A DNA stretch of 63,854 bases, counting the filler, from Chiloscyllium plagiosum (taxonomy: Eukaryota): NCBI RefSeq assembly GCF_004010195.1. It is 3 parts of one record of this genome, joined end to end, with 100 filler letters (N's around TTAATTAATTAA, not from the genome) between each part and the next. Parts side by side here need not be neighbours in the genome. Positions count along the whole stretch, not along the records: positions 51,684 to 63,854 come from NC_057716.1; 2 more parts are not named here. One strand, given 5' to 3'. The notes under the pieces are model-generated. The model had not been told where the DNA came from. It made no database searches and saw nothing but the letters and a program-made list of their open reading frames with translations. This document shows positions 52,640 to 63,854 of this stretch, one piece after another (position 1 is the stretch's first letter; the number at the start of each line of letters is the position of its first letter). Made by a program: the position numbers and the translations under genes.

Positions 52640-53900
52640 GGACAAAGCCAGCTATGTTGGCAAAGCCTCCTGTCCAGGCTGCAGCACTGCCATCATCATA
52701 GGGCATCAAGATGAAGTGGTATGATCCAGCACAAATTGCATCTGTGTCAGACTTGATCCATTTGTGGGTCAAAGCTTCTGAGATCCCACACAGATTCTGG
52801 GAATCAGCCAGTCATATAAAAGTTTAGTGCAGCTGTCATCTTGACAACCAGTCAGATAGAATGGCCACCTGTTCCTTCTTGTCAGATATCCCACTCCAGC
52901 AGCTGGTGTACTTCTTAGACATGCCAAACCATGTGCTACACCATCACCCTGTTAAAGCCAGGGTGGTAGCGGCCATTGCTGACCTGCCTCCTCTAGTAAC
53001 CCAGGCCCACTAATATGCCACTCTTTTGCACTCTTACATGTTGAGTTGCCTCCTCCTTCATAATTATTGGTCCCTCTGCATGATACCTCCAATTTCTAGT
53101 ATTGACATCCCCAGTTTTCTGACCAAACTGGATGGACAGCCCAGATTGATGAGTGACCAGACCCCTGATTGATTTGGTGCAGCTCCTGGACCAATTTCCG
53201 GTTACTCCCCTGACTGGTAGCACTGACTGAGACCCACTGCCTGGACTGTAATGTCACAGAAACCCTGGCCCTGGGGTTTGAAGTGCTGACTGACCATACT
53301 CAAACTCCTGGATTGATCTTGGACAATGCCATTTATTTCGTTTGCAGGGTCCTCCTGACTGAAAGCTAATCCTCCCTTGAAATGACTGAGGATTATTCCC
53401 CTTAGATTTTGAGCCATGGCCATTTGGTTGAAGCACATGCAATGTGGCTGCTGCACAAACTGCTGTCACATGGAGCAGCTGTAAAAGTGGCATAACACAG
53501 GCCCGGACAGCTAGATGGCCACCCCGTCAGCTGCTGACTCCTGACAATAATAACAAACTGCCTGGCTTAGCGTCTGCACCAAACAGCAAGGCAACGCAGA
53601 AGTACTGAGAGCCTTTAAGCTCTGGCCAAGAGAGCAAGACCTGGCAGAGATGCTGTGATTGTCTATGTCGGCATACAGTGGAGTGGGCACTAGAAGAGCA
53701 AGCAAGGACATACACCCTGGTCGAATCCATGAGTTGGGTACCTATCCATGTATTGAGGCAGCAGCCTTACATTCAGAGGTGCTGGTGTGCTCCAAAGTGC
53801 AGCATTGAGGTATAGATATAACTGTCTTCTAATTAGGTGGGGAGGAGGGGGGATGGGTTGAAGGCAGTTCATGTCGCGTACCTTGTGGTGTCTAAGACAG
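52640..53900 (-). mobile_element. Highly decayed non-LTR RT relic, not the local CR1 family
   Basis: HGFDQGVCPCLLF and LYADID resemble RT motifs G..QG..SP.LF and YADD, in the right order. Confidence 0.35.
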
Positions 53901-54394
53901 TAACCCAGAGGAGCAAGTGGAGAGCTAGAGACACTAGATTCCTGCTCTGACTTTCATATCAGGAGTTGTCACTGTCTAGTTACTGTCTGGCAGGTGGGAG
54001 AATGTAGGAAAACTGTAGGTGAACGAGGTGAGATTAAGTTATAATTACACGCTAACATGTGCAAATGGATGATGCAAATAGACCCCTCACCACTGAAAAA
54101 ACATCACCTGCACTCTTTCCAAGGCTGCAAATATCCAGTGAGACACGGAAGAAATCATTTTGAATGGAATATCTGTGTTTCAATCAAAATTCATGAGCAG
54201 AAGAATTTCTTTCTTTTGTTTGCTTTTGAAGTGAGGTGTCTTCGGGAATTTTTTGATACGGAAGTGGAATCCTTTATTGTCAAAACAGTCATTGTGGTTT
54301 CTATTTTTAAGTTGCTCATGTGGCTGAGGAAACCATGGAGATGGCCTTGATATTTCCATGTTTATGATCCAACATTCAAACACAAATATTTTTT

Positions 54395-55020
54395 ATGGAA
54401 TGGTTAGCATTCATTTCAAGAGAAGTAGAATACAAGAGCAGGGATGCACAGCTAAAGCTGTATAAGGCGCTGGTCAGACCACATTTGGAATATTGTGAGC
54501 AGTTTTGGGCCCCCTTTCTAAGGAAAGAGGTACTGTCGTTGGATGGTGTCCAGAGGGCACTTACAAGAATGACTTCAGGGATGAAGGGTTTTTCGTATGA
54601 GAAGCAGTTGAGGACTCTGGGTCTGGACTCAATGGAGTTTAGAAGGCTGAGGGGGAATCTGACTGAAGTTCACAGAATACTGAGGGGTCAGGATAAACTG
54701 GACATGGAGAAGCTGTTTTGTCTAGGAGGAGAAATTAATACTCAAGGGCACAGCCTCAGAGAACAGGGGCTTTTTGAGATGAGGAGAAATTTCTTCAGCT
54801 AGAGGGTAGTTTGTCTGTGGAGCTCATTGCCACAAAAGACTGTGGTGATCAAGTCATTGAGTTTATTTAAGAACAAGATAGATAGGTTCTTGATTGGTAA
54901 GGGGATCAAGGGCTATGGGGAAATGGCCGAAGAATGGAGTTGAGAAACATATCAGCCATGATCGAATGACAGAGCTGACTTGATCGGCCAAATTTCCCAA
55001 TTCTGCTCCTATACCTCATA
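54395..55020 (+). mobile_element. CR1-like LINE 3' fragment
   Basis: LYKALVRPHLEYCEQFWAP, RRLRGNL, MRRNFFS. Confidence 0.85.
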
Positions 55021-55856
55021 CAGTCATCAAATCATTCAGCACAGAAACAGACCCTTCGGTCCAACCAGTCCATGCCAACCAAAATCCCAAACAAAATTAG
55101 TCCCACCTGCCTGCACTTGGTCCATATCCCTCTTATGGCCTTATGGTAAGTAAATGATCTTCACTTCATTGTAATGTCAATTCGAGCGTAGAGTGAGTAA
55201 TATCACACTCCCCACTGACCTAATAATGGATCACTCTATGTGGTTAGACATTGGATTTCCTTTTCCAGGACCTGCTGAGGGTGAGAATAGAGGTGGATGG
55301 AGTCCAATAACATTGGCATTGGACTGTGCACCAATTTTCTGACATAGAACTTGGTGCTACTCATTCATGCTGAGGTGGATTGGGATTACCCACCCACATG
55401 TAATGGGCAGCCACATTAGTTTGGAGCCTTGTTGAGCCCATTTAAAGGAGATTGACTGGAATTTTCCGTCAGTGCCCGAACCAATTGGTGGGAGTGGGGT
55501 GGATTGGCAGGAGGTGGGATGGGATTTTCTCTTTAATCCATCAAACTGGTGAAGGGGCTAGTACTCTGGCCAGGTATCCAGGTCAGCCCTATTTACTTTA
55601 TTATTAAAAAGTCTTTATATATATAAAGCAATTCAGTTCTGTACAGTCTTCGCAAATGGAGAACAAACATACCAAATATTTATACAAGATTATATTTACA
55701 TATATTTGAGGCTTCAAAAGGATCTGTTAACTGAACAGACCGCCCATTGTACTTCAGCAGACCTTTCCACACTGCACCTTGGCAGCAGCTATCCCAAGTT
55801 TTAGTGCGTCCCTCAGCACACAGCCCTGGATCTTGGAATTGCCCATAGTGTCCAAT

Positions 55857-55891
55857 CACCTGATGAAGGAGCGTCGCTCCGAAAGCTAGTG
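55857..55891 (+). ncRNA. Minimal hammerhead motif (family A) in a ~100 bp terminal-repeat fragment (about 55853-55951) inserted in a SINE relic
   Basis: CAC-CUGAUGA-A-GGAGC(GUC)GCUCC-GAAA-GCUA-GUG followed by the family A terminal sequence. Confidence 0.75.
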
Positions 55892-56783
55892 TGCTTCCAA
55901 TTAAATCTGTTGGACTATAACCTGGTGTTGTGTGATTTTTAACTTTGTACAACCTAGGTAGGTTATCCATAGAAAGTACAGGCTTAGGGTAGGGTCTGGG
56001 TGGAATGCACTTCAAAATGTCAATGTAAGCTCGATGGGCTGAATGGCCGAATGACCTACTTCCACACATGATAACACAGCAGCTAATTTGGGTGTTGATA
56101 ATGATAAGGAGGCCTGCTTTAAAAGGTGTGGGTATGGTTAAGGAAACCCACACAAGTCAAGAAAGGAAAAATAAACACATGACTCCTGGTGCGTGGTCAA
56201 ATACTGGTTCGAACACAAAGGGAAAATCCCCTGCGGTTCTTAGTGGCTTGGGATCTTTAAAAGCTATTGGTTGGGGCAAAAAAAAACCTAAAATTAACAT
56301 CGGATTTGAGAGTCAGCACCTCTTACTGCACAGAATTCCCCAAGTACCAAGTGTCTAGCCTTGTGTATGTGCTCAAAGCTAAATGGAATAAAGCTTGAAG
56401 TTAGCACCTTCTGAGTCAGAGCTTGGTGCATGTACACCTCAAAATCTTGCAGCTTGGTGAGTGTAAATTATTAAAGAAACAGCTTGGTGAGTCTGACAAT
56501 CTCCTGGCTGGCTGTCTCAGCTCACCTAAATATGAGCCTTCTGAGGCTAAGGAAACCATCAGTTCACAATAAAATATTCCATTTTGTTCATCTCAGCATG
56601 TGTTTTATAATTTTAATAAAAATGTCAGTGCACAGCGATTTAGCAAGAGCAATTTCAGTAAAGTAAGCTTATCATCAGCAAGCACAGAATAGAACATCTC
56701 ATGCTGGAAATGTTAATTTCTTTACTTAACTCACTGACCATAGAAACCCAACAGTGTGGAAGCAGGCCATTTGACCTGTCAAG

Positions 56784-58133
56784 GAGAAAGTGAGGACTGC
56801 AGATGCTGGAGATCAGAGCTGAAAATATGTTGCTGGAAAAGCGCAGCAGGTCAGGCAGCATCCAAGGAACAGGAGAATCGAGGTTTCAGGGATAAGCCCT
56901 TCTTCAGAAATGAGGAAAGTGTGTCCAGCAGGCTAAGATAAAAGGTAGGGAGGAGGGACTTGGGGGAGGGGCGTTGGAAATGCGATAGGTGGAAGGAGGT
57001 CAAGGTGAGAGTGATAGGCCGNNNNNNNNNNNNNNNNNNNNNNNNNNNNNNNNNNNNNNNNNNNNNNNNNNNNNNNNNNNNNNNNNNNNNNNNNNNNNNN
57101 NNNNNNNNNNNNNNNNNNNNNNNNNNNNNNNNNNNNNNNNNNNNNNNNNNNNNNNNNNNNNNNNNNNNNNNNNNNNNNNNNNNNNNNNNNNNNNNNNNNN
57201 NNNNNNNNNNNNNNNNNNNNNNNNNNNNNNNNNNNNNNNNNNNNNNNNNNNNNNNNNNNNNNNNNNNNNNNNNNNNNNNNNNNNNNNNNNNNNNNNNNNN
57301 NNNNNNNNNNNNNNNNNNNNNNNNNNNNNNNNNNNNNNNNNNNNNNNNNNNNNNNNNNNNNNNNNNNNNNNNNNNNNNNNNNNNNNNNNNNNNNNNNNNN
57401 NNNNNNNNNNNNNNNNNNNNNNNNNNNNNNNNNNNNNNNNNNNNNNNNNNNNNNNNNNNNNNNNNNNNNNNNNNNNNNNNNNNNNNNNNNNNNNNNNNNN
57501 NNNNNNNNNNNNNNNNNNNNNNNNNNNNNNNNNNNNNNNNNNNNNNNNNNNNNNNNNNNNNNNNNNNNNNNNNNNNNNNNNNNNNNNNNNNNNNNNNNNN
57601 NNNNNNNNNNNNNNNNNNNNNNNNNNNNNNNNNNNNNNNNNNNNNNNNNNNNNNNNNNNNNNNNNNNNNNNNNNNNNNNNNNNNNNNNNNNNNNNNNNNN
57701 NNNNNNNNNNNNNNNNNNNNNNNNNNNNNNNNNNNNNNNNNNNNNNNNNNNNNNNNNNNNNNNNNNNNNNNNNNNNNNNNNNNNNNNNNNNNNNNNNNNN
57801 NNNNNNNNNNNNNNNNNNNNNNNNNNNNNNNNNNNNNNNNNNNNNNNNNNNNNNNNNNNNNNNNNNNNNNNNNNNNNNNNNNNNNNNNNNNNNNNNNNNN
57901 NNNNNNNNNNNNNNNNNNNNNNNCCCACTCCGGCCTATCACCCTCACCTTGACCTCCTTCCACCTATCGCATTTCCAACGCCCCTCCCCCAAGTCCCTCC
58001 TCCCTACCTTTCATCTTAGCCTGCTGGACACACCTTCCTCATTCCTGAAGAAGGGCTTATGCCCGAAACGCCGTTTCTCCTGCTCCTTGGATGCTGCCTG
58101 ACCTGCTGCGCTTTTCCAGCAACACATTTTCAG
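56784..58133. mobile_element. PLE family B insertion with inverted arms around an assembly gap, splitting a SINE
   Basis: 56784-57021 and 57924-58133 are reverse complements; 15-bp TSD ATTTGACCTGTCAAG at 56769-56783 and 58134-58148. Confidence 0.85.
57022..57923. other. Sized assembly gap (902 N)
   Basis: N run between inverted PLE arms. Confidence 0.97.
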
Positions 58134-58652
58134 ATTTGACCTGTCAAGTCCACATTAACTCTCTAAAGAACATCCCATCCAGACCCACCGGGCCCCCTCC
58201 AACTCTACTCCAGTAACCCTGTTTTTCCCAAATCTAACCCACCTAAGCTGCACATCTTTGGACTGTGGGAAGAAACTGGAGCATCGGGAGGAAAACCATA
58301 CAGACATGAGGAGAATGTGCAAACTCCACACAGACAGCTGGAATCGAAATCAGGTCCCTGTTGTTGTGAGCCACTGTGCTGCCCACGGGGGGGGGGGGTG
58401 TCAGGGGGCGGACGGGCATTTATATTTGGGGGGGCATTGTATATTTAGCCCTTGTTTTTATTAAATCACGGTGTGTTTAGAAGCTCATCTGTACAATTTG
58501 TTTGCTGAAAATGCTCCTTTCATTTAAAACAATTTCCTATCTGTTTCCAATCTCACTGTTGCAATGTTTGTTAAGAATGAGTAATATCTGTCACTGATCC
58601 CTCTTGCTGCCTCTTCTTCATACCATCTCTCTGTTTCATTCCCAGAAATTGG

Positions 58653-60010
58653 GAGAAGGTGAGGACTGCATATGCTGGAGATCAGAGTTGAAAGGTGTGG
58701 CGCTGGAAAAGCACAGCCGGTCAGGCAGCATCCAAGGAGCAGGAGAATCGAGGTTCTGGGTATAAGGTCTTCATCAGGAATGTGGGAGTGTGGAAGGGGG
58801 TTGAGAGATAAATAGGAGGATGCGGGTGGGGCTGGGGGAAGATAGCTGAGAATGCAATAGGTAGATGCAGGTGGGGAGGTAATGGTGATAGGTCGGAGAG
58901 GAGGGTGGAGCGGATAGGTGGAAGGGAGATGGACAGGTAGGACAGTTCAAGAGGGCGGTGCTGAGTTGGAGGGCTGGATCTGGGATGAGGTGGGGAAGGG
59001 GAGATGAGGACTGTGGGAGGAAACTGGAGCACCCAGTGAAATTGGCATTGATGCCGTGTGGTTGGAGGGTCCCAAGGTGGAAGATGAAGTGTTCTTCCTC
59101 CAGGCGTCGTGTGGCTTGGATTTAGCAGTAGAGGAGCCCCAGGACTTACATGTCCATGCCCAGGGGGAGTTGAAGTGGTCGGCCACAAGGCGGTGGGGTT
59201 GTTTAGTGTGTGTCCTAGAAATTTCCCTGAAACATTCCATGAGTTGGTGTCCTGTCTCCCCAATGTAGAGGAGACCACATCGAGACAACAGATACAGTAG
59301 ATGAGGTGTTTGGATGTACAGAAAATCTCTGCTGGATGTGAAAGGATCCTTTGGGGCCTTAGACGGAGGAGGTGTGGGCACAGGTTTTACACTTGCTGCC
59401 GTGGCAAGGGAAGGTGCCTGGAGTGGAGGGTGGATTTGGTGGGGGGCGTGGACCTAACGAGAGAGTCGTGGAGGGAATGGTCTCTGCAGATAAGAGTGGG
59501 GAGGGAAATGTATCTCTGGTGATGGGGTCTGTTTATGGGTGGCAGAAATGGTGGAGGATGATGCACTGTATCCAGAGGTTGGTGAGATGGAAGGTGAAGA
59601 CCAGGCGTGTTCTGTCCTTGTTGCATTTGGAGGGGTTGGGTTCAAGGGTGAAGATGCTGGAAGTGGAGAAGATACACTGGAGGGAATTGTTGACCATGTT
59701 GGAAGGGAAATCGTGGTCCTTGAAGTAGGAGGGATGTTCTATGGTGAAACTGCTCCTCTTGGGAGCAGATACAGCAGAGGTGGAGGAATTCAGAGTAAGG
59801 GATACCATTTTTATGGGGGGATAGGGAAGACGTGTAGTCCAGGTAGCTGTGGGACTCAGTGGGTTTGATGTAGATGTCCATGTTGAGTCGGTCATTGGAA
59901 ATGGAGATGGAGAGGTCTAGGAAAGGGAGGGAAGTGTCTGAGATGGTCCAGATGAACTTGAGGTCAGGGTGAAAGGTGTTCATGAAGTTGATGAACTGTT
60001 CAATGTCCTT
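58653..60010 (-). mobile_element. Penelope-like element family B, 5'-truncated and degenerate (RT C-terminal part, GIY-YIG, terminal repeat)
   Basis: NTFHPDLKF..LPFLDL..KPTESHSYLDYTSS (ORF 59642-60031), CGLLYIGETG (ORF 58947-59381), then the terminal repeat found throughout the window. Confidence 0.88.
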
Positions 60011-61044
60011 GTGAAACTGTCCAAATTCCAATAATGATGTGAAAGTAATGCATCTTACGCAAAGTCCAATGTGCTTGCTCAGACTGTCTTAACTCCTCTC
60101 AAGTCCTTTTTTTTAAGAAAAAATGATTTGTCAACATATCACAGCCAGCTCCTTTTACATTAAAGTGAAGTTTGACTAGATGTCTTTTTTTAAGCATAGA
60201 GCAAAGAACATTACAGCACAGTACAGGCCCTTCGGCCCTCGATGTTGCACCGACCTGTTGAACCAAGCTGAAGCCCATTTAACCTACGCTATTCCATTAT
60301 CATCCATATGCCTATCCACTGGCCATTTAAATGCCCTTAAAGTTGGTGAGTCTACTACTGTTGTAGGCAGTGCGTTCTGCACCCCTATCACTCTGTGTGT
60401 AAAGAAACTACATCTGGCATCTGTCCTACATCTATCACCCCTCAATTTAAAGCTATGACCCCTTGTGCGAGCCATCTTAGGAACAAGGCTCTCACTGTCC
60501 ACCCTATCTAACTCCCTGATTATCAAGCAGAGACTTGCCCGGCAGATACAGAAGAGGAAGGATAATTGGCCAACCCTGGCCAACATTTATCCCTCAAGTG
60601 ATCTATAGTCATTATTGTCTCCACAATAGCATACTCTGCTAGTTATGTAGCAGAGTATGCGCTCCGCTGAGTGACCAATTCACATTCCACATTTCTGTTT
60701 TTGGGACCTTGCTTTGCACAAATTAACCCCCTTGTTTCCTGCATTACAACGCTGACTAAACTTCAAAAGTAATTCATTGGTTTCAAAGTGATTTGAGACA
60801 TTCTAAGTTCACGAAAGACATTATGTAAATGCAAGTTTCTCTTTCCTGTGAACAAGCCACACTGTAATAGGTCCAGTCTAATTGCCTATTCTCACTCTGT
60901 TCCTATATTCCTTTCTCTCACTGGTATGCATCAATTCCTTCTTTAAATCATAAATCAAACAGTGTCGGCATAATTAAGTGCTGTGAGTCAGGCGGCCTGT
61001 GTCTGCAGGACTCACTCACAAGCCTGAACACAAAGTGAAGTCTG

Positions 61045-61400
61045 ACTGGGGAGGTGATAGCCTGCAGTATTATCGATAAATAACTAATCCAGAGACTCAG
61101 GTAACTATCCAAGGGATCCAGATTCGACGAATCCTGCCATGGCAGATGTTGGAATTTGAATTCAATAAAAAAGAAATCTGGAATTAAGGGTGGAATGATG
61201 ACCATGAGAGCTTTGTTGGGGGTAAAACCCATCTGGTTTGCGAATGTCCTTTAGGAAAGGAAATCTACCCTTTCTAGCCTACATACGACTCCAGAGCTAC
61301 AGCAATGTGGTTGACTCTTAACTGCCTTCTGGGCAATTAGGGATGGGCAATAAATGCCAGCCTAACCAGAGATGCCCACACCCTCAGAATAAACAAAGAA
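61045..61400 (+). mobile_element. SINE-like element sharing both ends with the 42310-47245 LINE
   Basis: 5' about 290 bp aligns by eye with 42310-42595; 3' tail aligns with 47175-47245. Confidence 0.65.
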
Positions 61401-63404
61401 AAAGTGCAGTTCTGAGGAAATGCATCTATTGTCACAGAGATATAGTCATTCAGTCATACAGCATAGAAATAGACCCTTCAATCCAAACCAGTCCATGCCG
61501 ACCATTATCCCAAACTAAGCCAGTCCCACCTGCCTGCGCTTGGCCCATATCCTTCCAAACATTTCTTATTCATGTACTTCTGTTAATGTCTTTTAAAAAT
61601 TCTAACTATACCATCATCCACCACTTCTTCTGAAAGTTTATTCTACACATGAACCACTCTTTGTATAAATTGCCATTTATGTCTTTTTCAAATTTTTCTC
61701 CTTTCACCTTCAAAATATGTTCCCTAATCTTGATATCCACCCCTCTTGGGAAAAGACACTTGCCATTCACCTTATCTATACCCCTTGTGATAAACAAAAA
61801 TGGACCCAGCACTGATCCCTGTGGAACACTGCTGATAACAGACTCAAATCCGAAAACAACCCTCCACCATCATACTCTGTCTCCTGCAATTAAGCCAATT
61901 TTGCACCCATTTGGCAAGCTCACCCTGAATTCTATGTGATTAACTTTACTAATGGGTGTGAGGTTAAACTGAGGCATTTCTATCCTCTCAAAATAAGAAA
62001 TTATGCATGTGTATAACTTCAACATGACTCTTATCTGAACATCCATCTTTAAGGCTTTGAAGACCCCTGAAATGATAGCACTTGGTTCTAATGAAGGCCT
62101 CTTGCACTGTCACCTGAGCTGATGGGAGTGGTAGTGGGTCCTCATTACTACAAGAGCCTTGACGTGTGTTGACACTGATGACGATGTTGCTATGGTGACC
62201 AATCTGCACACACTCAGTTGATCAAAACACGAGGGCTGTCACAATCAGCAAATCAATCATCCTCATTTAAATGGAAACCACTCTCGGGCTGAGTAGACCC
62301 TTAGAGTGAGAGAGAGAGAGAAGAGAGGGCAGCTTGACTCAAGGTCTGTCTCACTCATCTAAAGTAGTTAGGTGTCTCTAAAGTGCTCTGCTACCTCTTA
62401 TTTATGCAGACAGCTGATTTAACCAAGTCCTTCTAATACTTCACTTACGCGCAAGAGAATTTTGACATATTTACTTAATCCTACAGGTTCCAAGGAACAG
62501 ATAAGCTTGGCAGAGATTCTGGATTCATGAGCCCCAAGTGTTTGTAAAAGATCAGCAGATTGAATGTGTTTCCACCCTGTGGAATAAACACCAGATAATA
62601 TGGTTAATGTTGCCTCAGTAAACACCTTACAAAAGTTTAGGAACAGTTCTGAACAAATAGGAGTAGACATTCTTTTTCCTTTTTAACTGAGGGGTTAACA
62701 GTAACACTGAAAACAGAGCCATTGGGGAAATCTAAGATAAAGATTTGGTAGTTCCCCACCCAAGTGGGAAGAAAGTGAGGCTTATTTTATTTGAGACATG
62801 AATGCCTCCTTTTAAGGTGAACCATCAAGATTTTCATTTCAATAGCGATTTCAGGCTTTTTTCCATTTAAATAACCACTTGTAGAAGAAAGTGCCAACCT
62901 ATCAATCTTTGTGCCTATACATGTTTCCTAATTTTTCTCCTGAAATACCTCTAATCTTTATGATGCTGTCTGCTGGTCCGAGATCCCTGTACCAGAGAAA
63001 ATATTTTTTCTCTATCTACAATATCTGTTTCCCTTCCTTAAAAACTTGGATAAAATCGTTGATCAGCCTTCTAGATTCCCGAGATGATGTTTAATTTAAT
63101 CGTTGGGATCCAGATGTTTTTCTAGTAAATCTATGCTGTTGTCCCTCCAAATCCAAAATGGCACCCGGAACTATTTGTAGACAAGCAGGAGGCTGGAAGA
63201 GCACAGCAAGCCAGGCAGCATCAGGAGGTGGAGAAGTCAACGTTTTGGGTAAAACTAATACCTGACACAGTGACTTCTCCACCTCATTGCTGCCAGGCTT
63301 GCTGTGCTCTTCCAGTCTCCTGCTTGTCTACGTTGGATTCCAGCATCTGCTGTTTCTTTTGTCTCTAACCTGGAACTATTTGCCTAACCAGGGTGCTGTG
63401 CATG

Positions 63405-63854
63405 ACTTAGAACATAGAACATTGAAAAATACAGCGCAGTACAGGCCCTTTGGCCCTCGATGTTGCGCCGATCCAAGCCCACCTAACCTACACTAGTCCA
63501 CTATCCTCCATATGCCTATCCAATGCCTGTTTAAATGCCCATAAAGAGGGAGAGTCCACCACTGCTACTGGCAGGGCATTCCATGAACTCACGACTCGCT
63601 GAGTAAAGAATCTACCTCTAACATCTGTCCTATACCGACCACCCCTTAATTTAAAGCTATGCCCATTCGTAATAGCTGACTCCATACGTGGAAAAAGATT
63701 CTCACTGTCGACCCTATCTAAACCCCTAATCATCTTATACACCTCTATCAAGTCACCCCTAAACCTTCCTTTCTCCAATGAAAACAACCCCAAGTGCCTC
63801 ACCCTTTCCTCATACGATCTTTCTACCATACCAAGCAACATCCTGGTAAACCTC
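63405..63854 (-). mobile_element. CR1-like LINE 3' end (related pieces at about 45645-45915 +, 60195-60525 -; other CR1 pieces at 61440-61950 -)
   Basis: SYEERVRHLGLFSLE..RGDLIEVYK..FFTQRVVSSWNALP. Confidence 0.88.

Noticed and set aside
56851..58101. 330-370 aa ORFs
   Set aside because: Run through the N gap.

Overview
Repeat-dense vertebrate genomic DNA, most likely from a shark or other elasmobranch (inferred from HE1/V-SINE-type SINEs and HER1/CR1-type LINEs). The only clear host gene is a minus-strand carboxypeptidase O (CPO; M14A family). Six coding exons (25896 to 4358, 867 nt, one frame, all GT-AG) carry the Zn ligands, Arg127, Asn144-Arg145, Tyr248, Glu270, the acid-specificity Arg255 and a GPI-type C-terminus. 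I could not find the 5' exons. The rest is mostly CR1/L2-group LINE fragments, tRNA-derived SINEs, an LTR-like relic, a MITE and at least two Penelope-like element (PLE) families. The most notable system is the PLEs: they carry minimal, dimer-type hammerhead ribozyme cores and occur as long inverted-arm insertions and as tiny fold-back elements flanked by 12-15 bp target-site duplications (TSDs). Other signals: a ~215 bp inverted repeat around one CPO exon, a dense intronic GATA/CDX motif cluster, and a CR1 relic starting at the CPO stop codon. There are three assembly gaps, two containing an artificial TTAATTAATTAA linker. Repeat boundaries are approximate unless a TSD is quoted.
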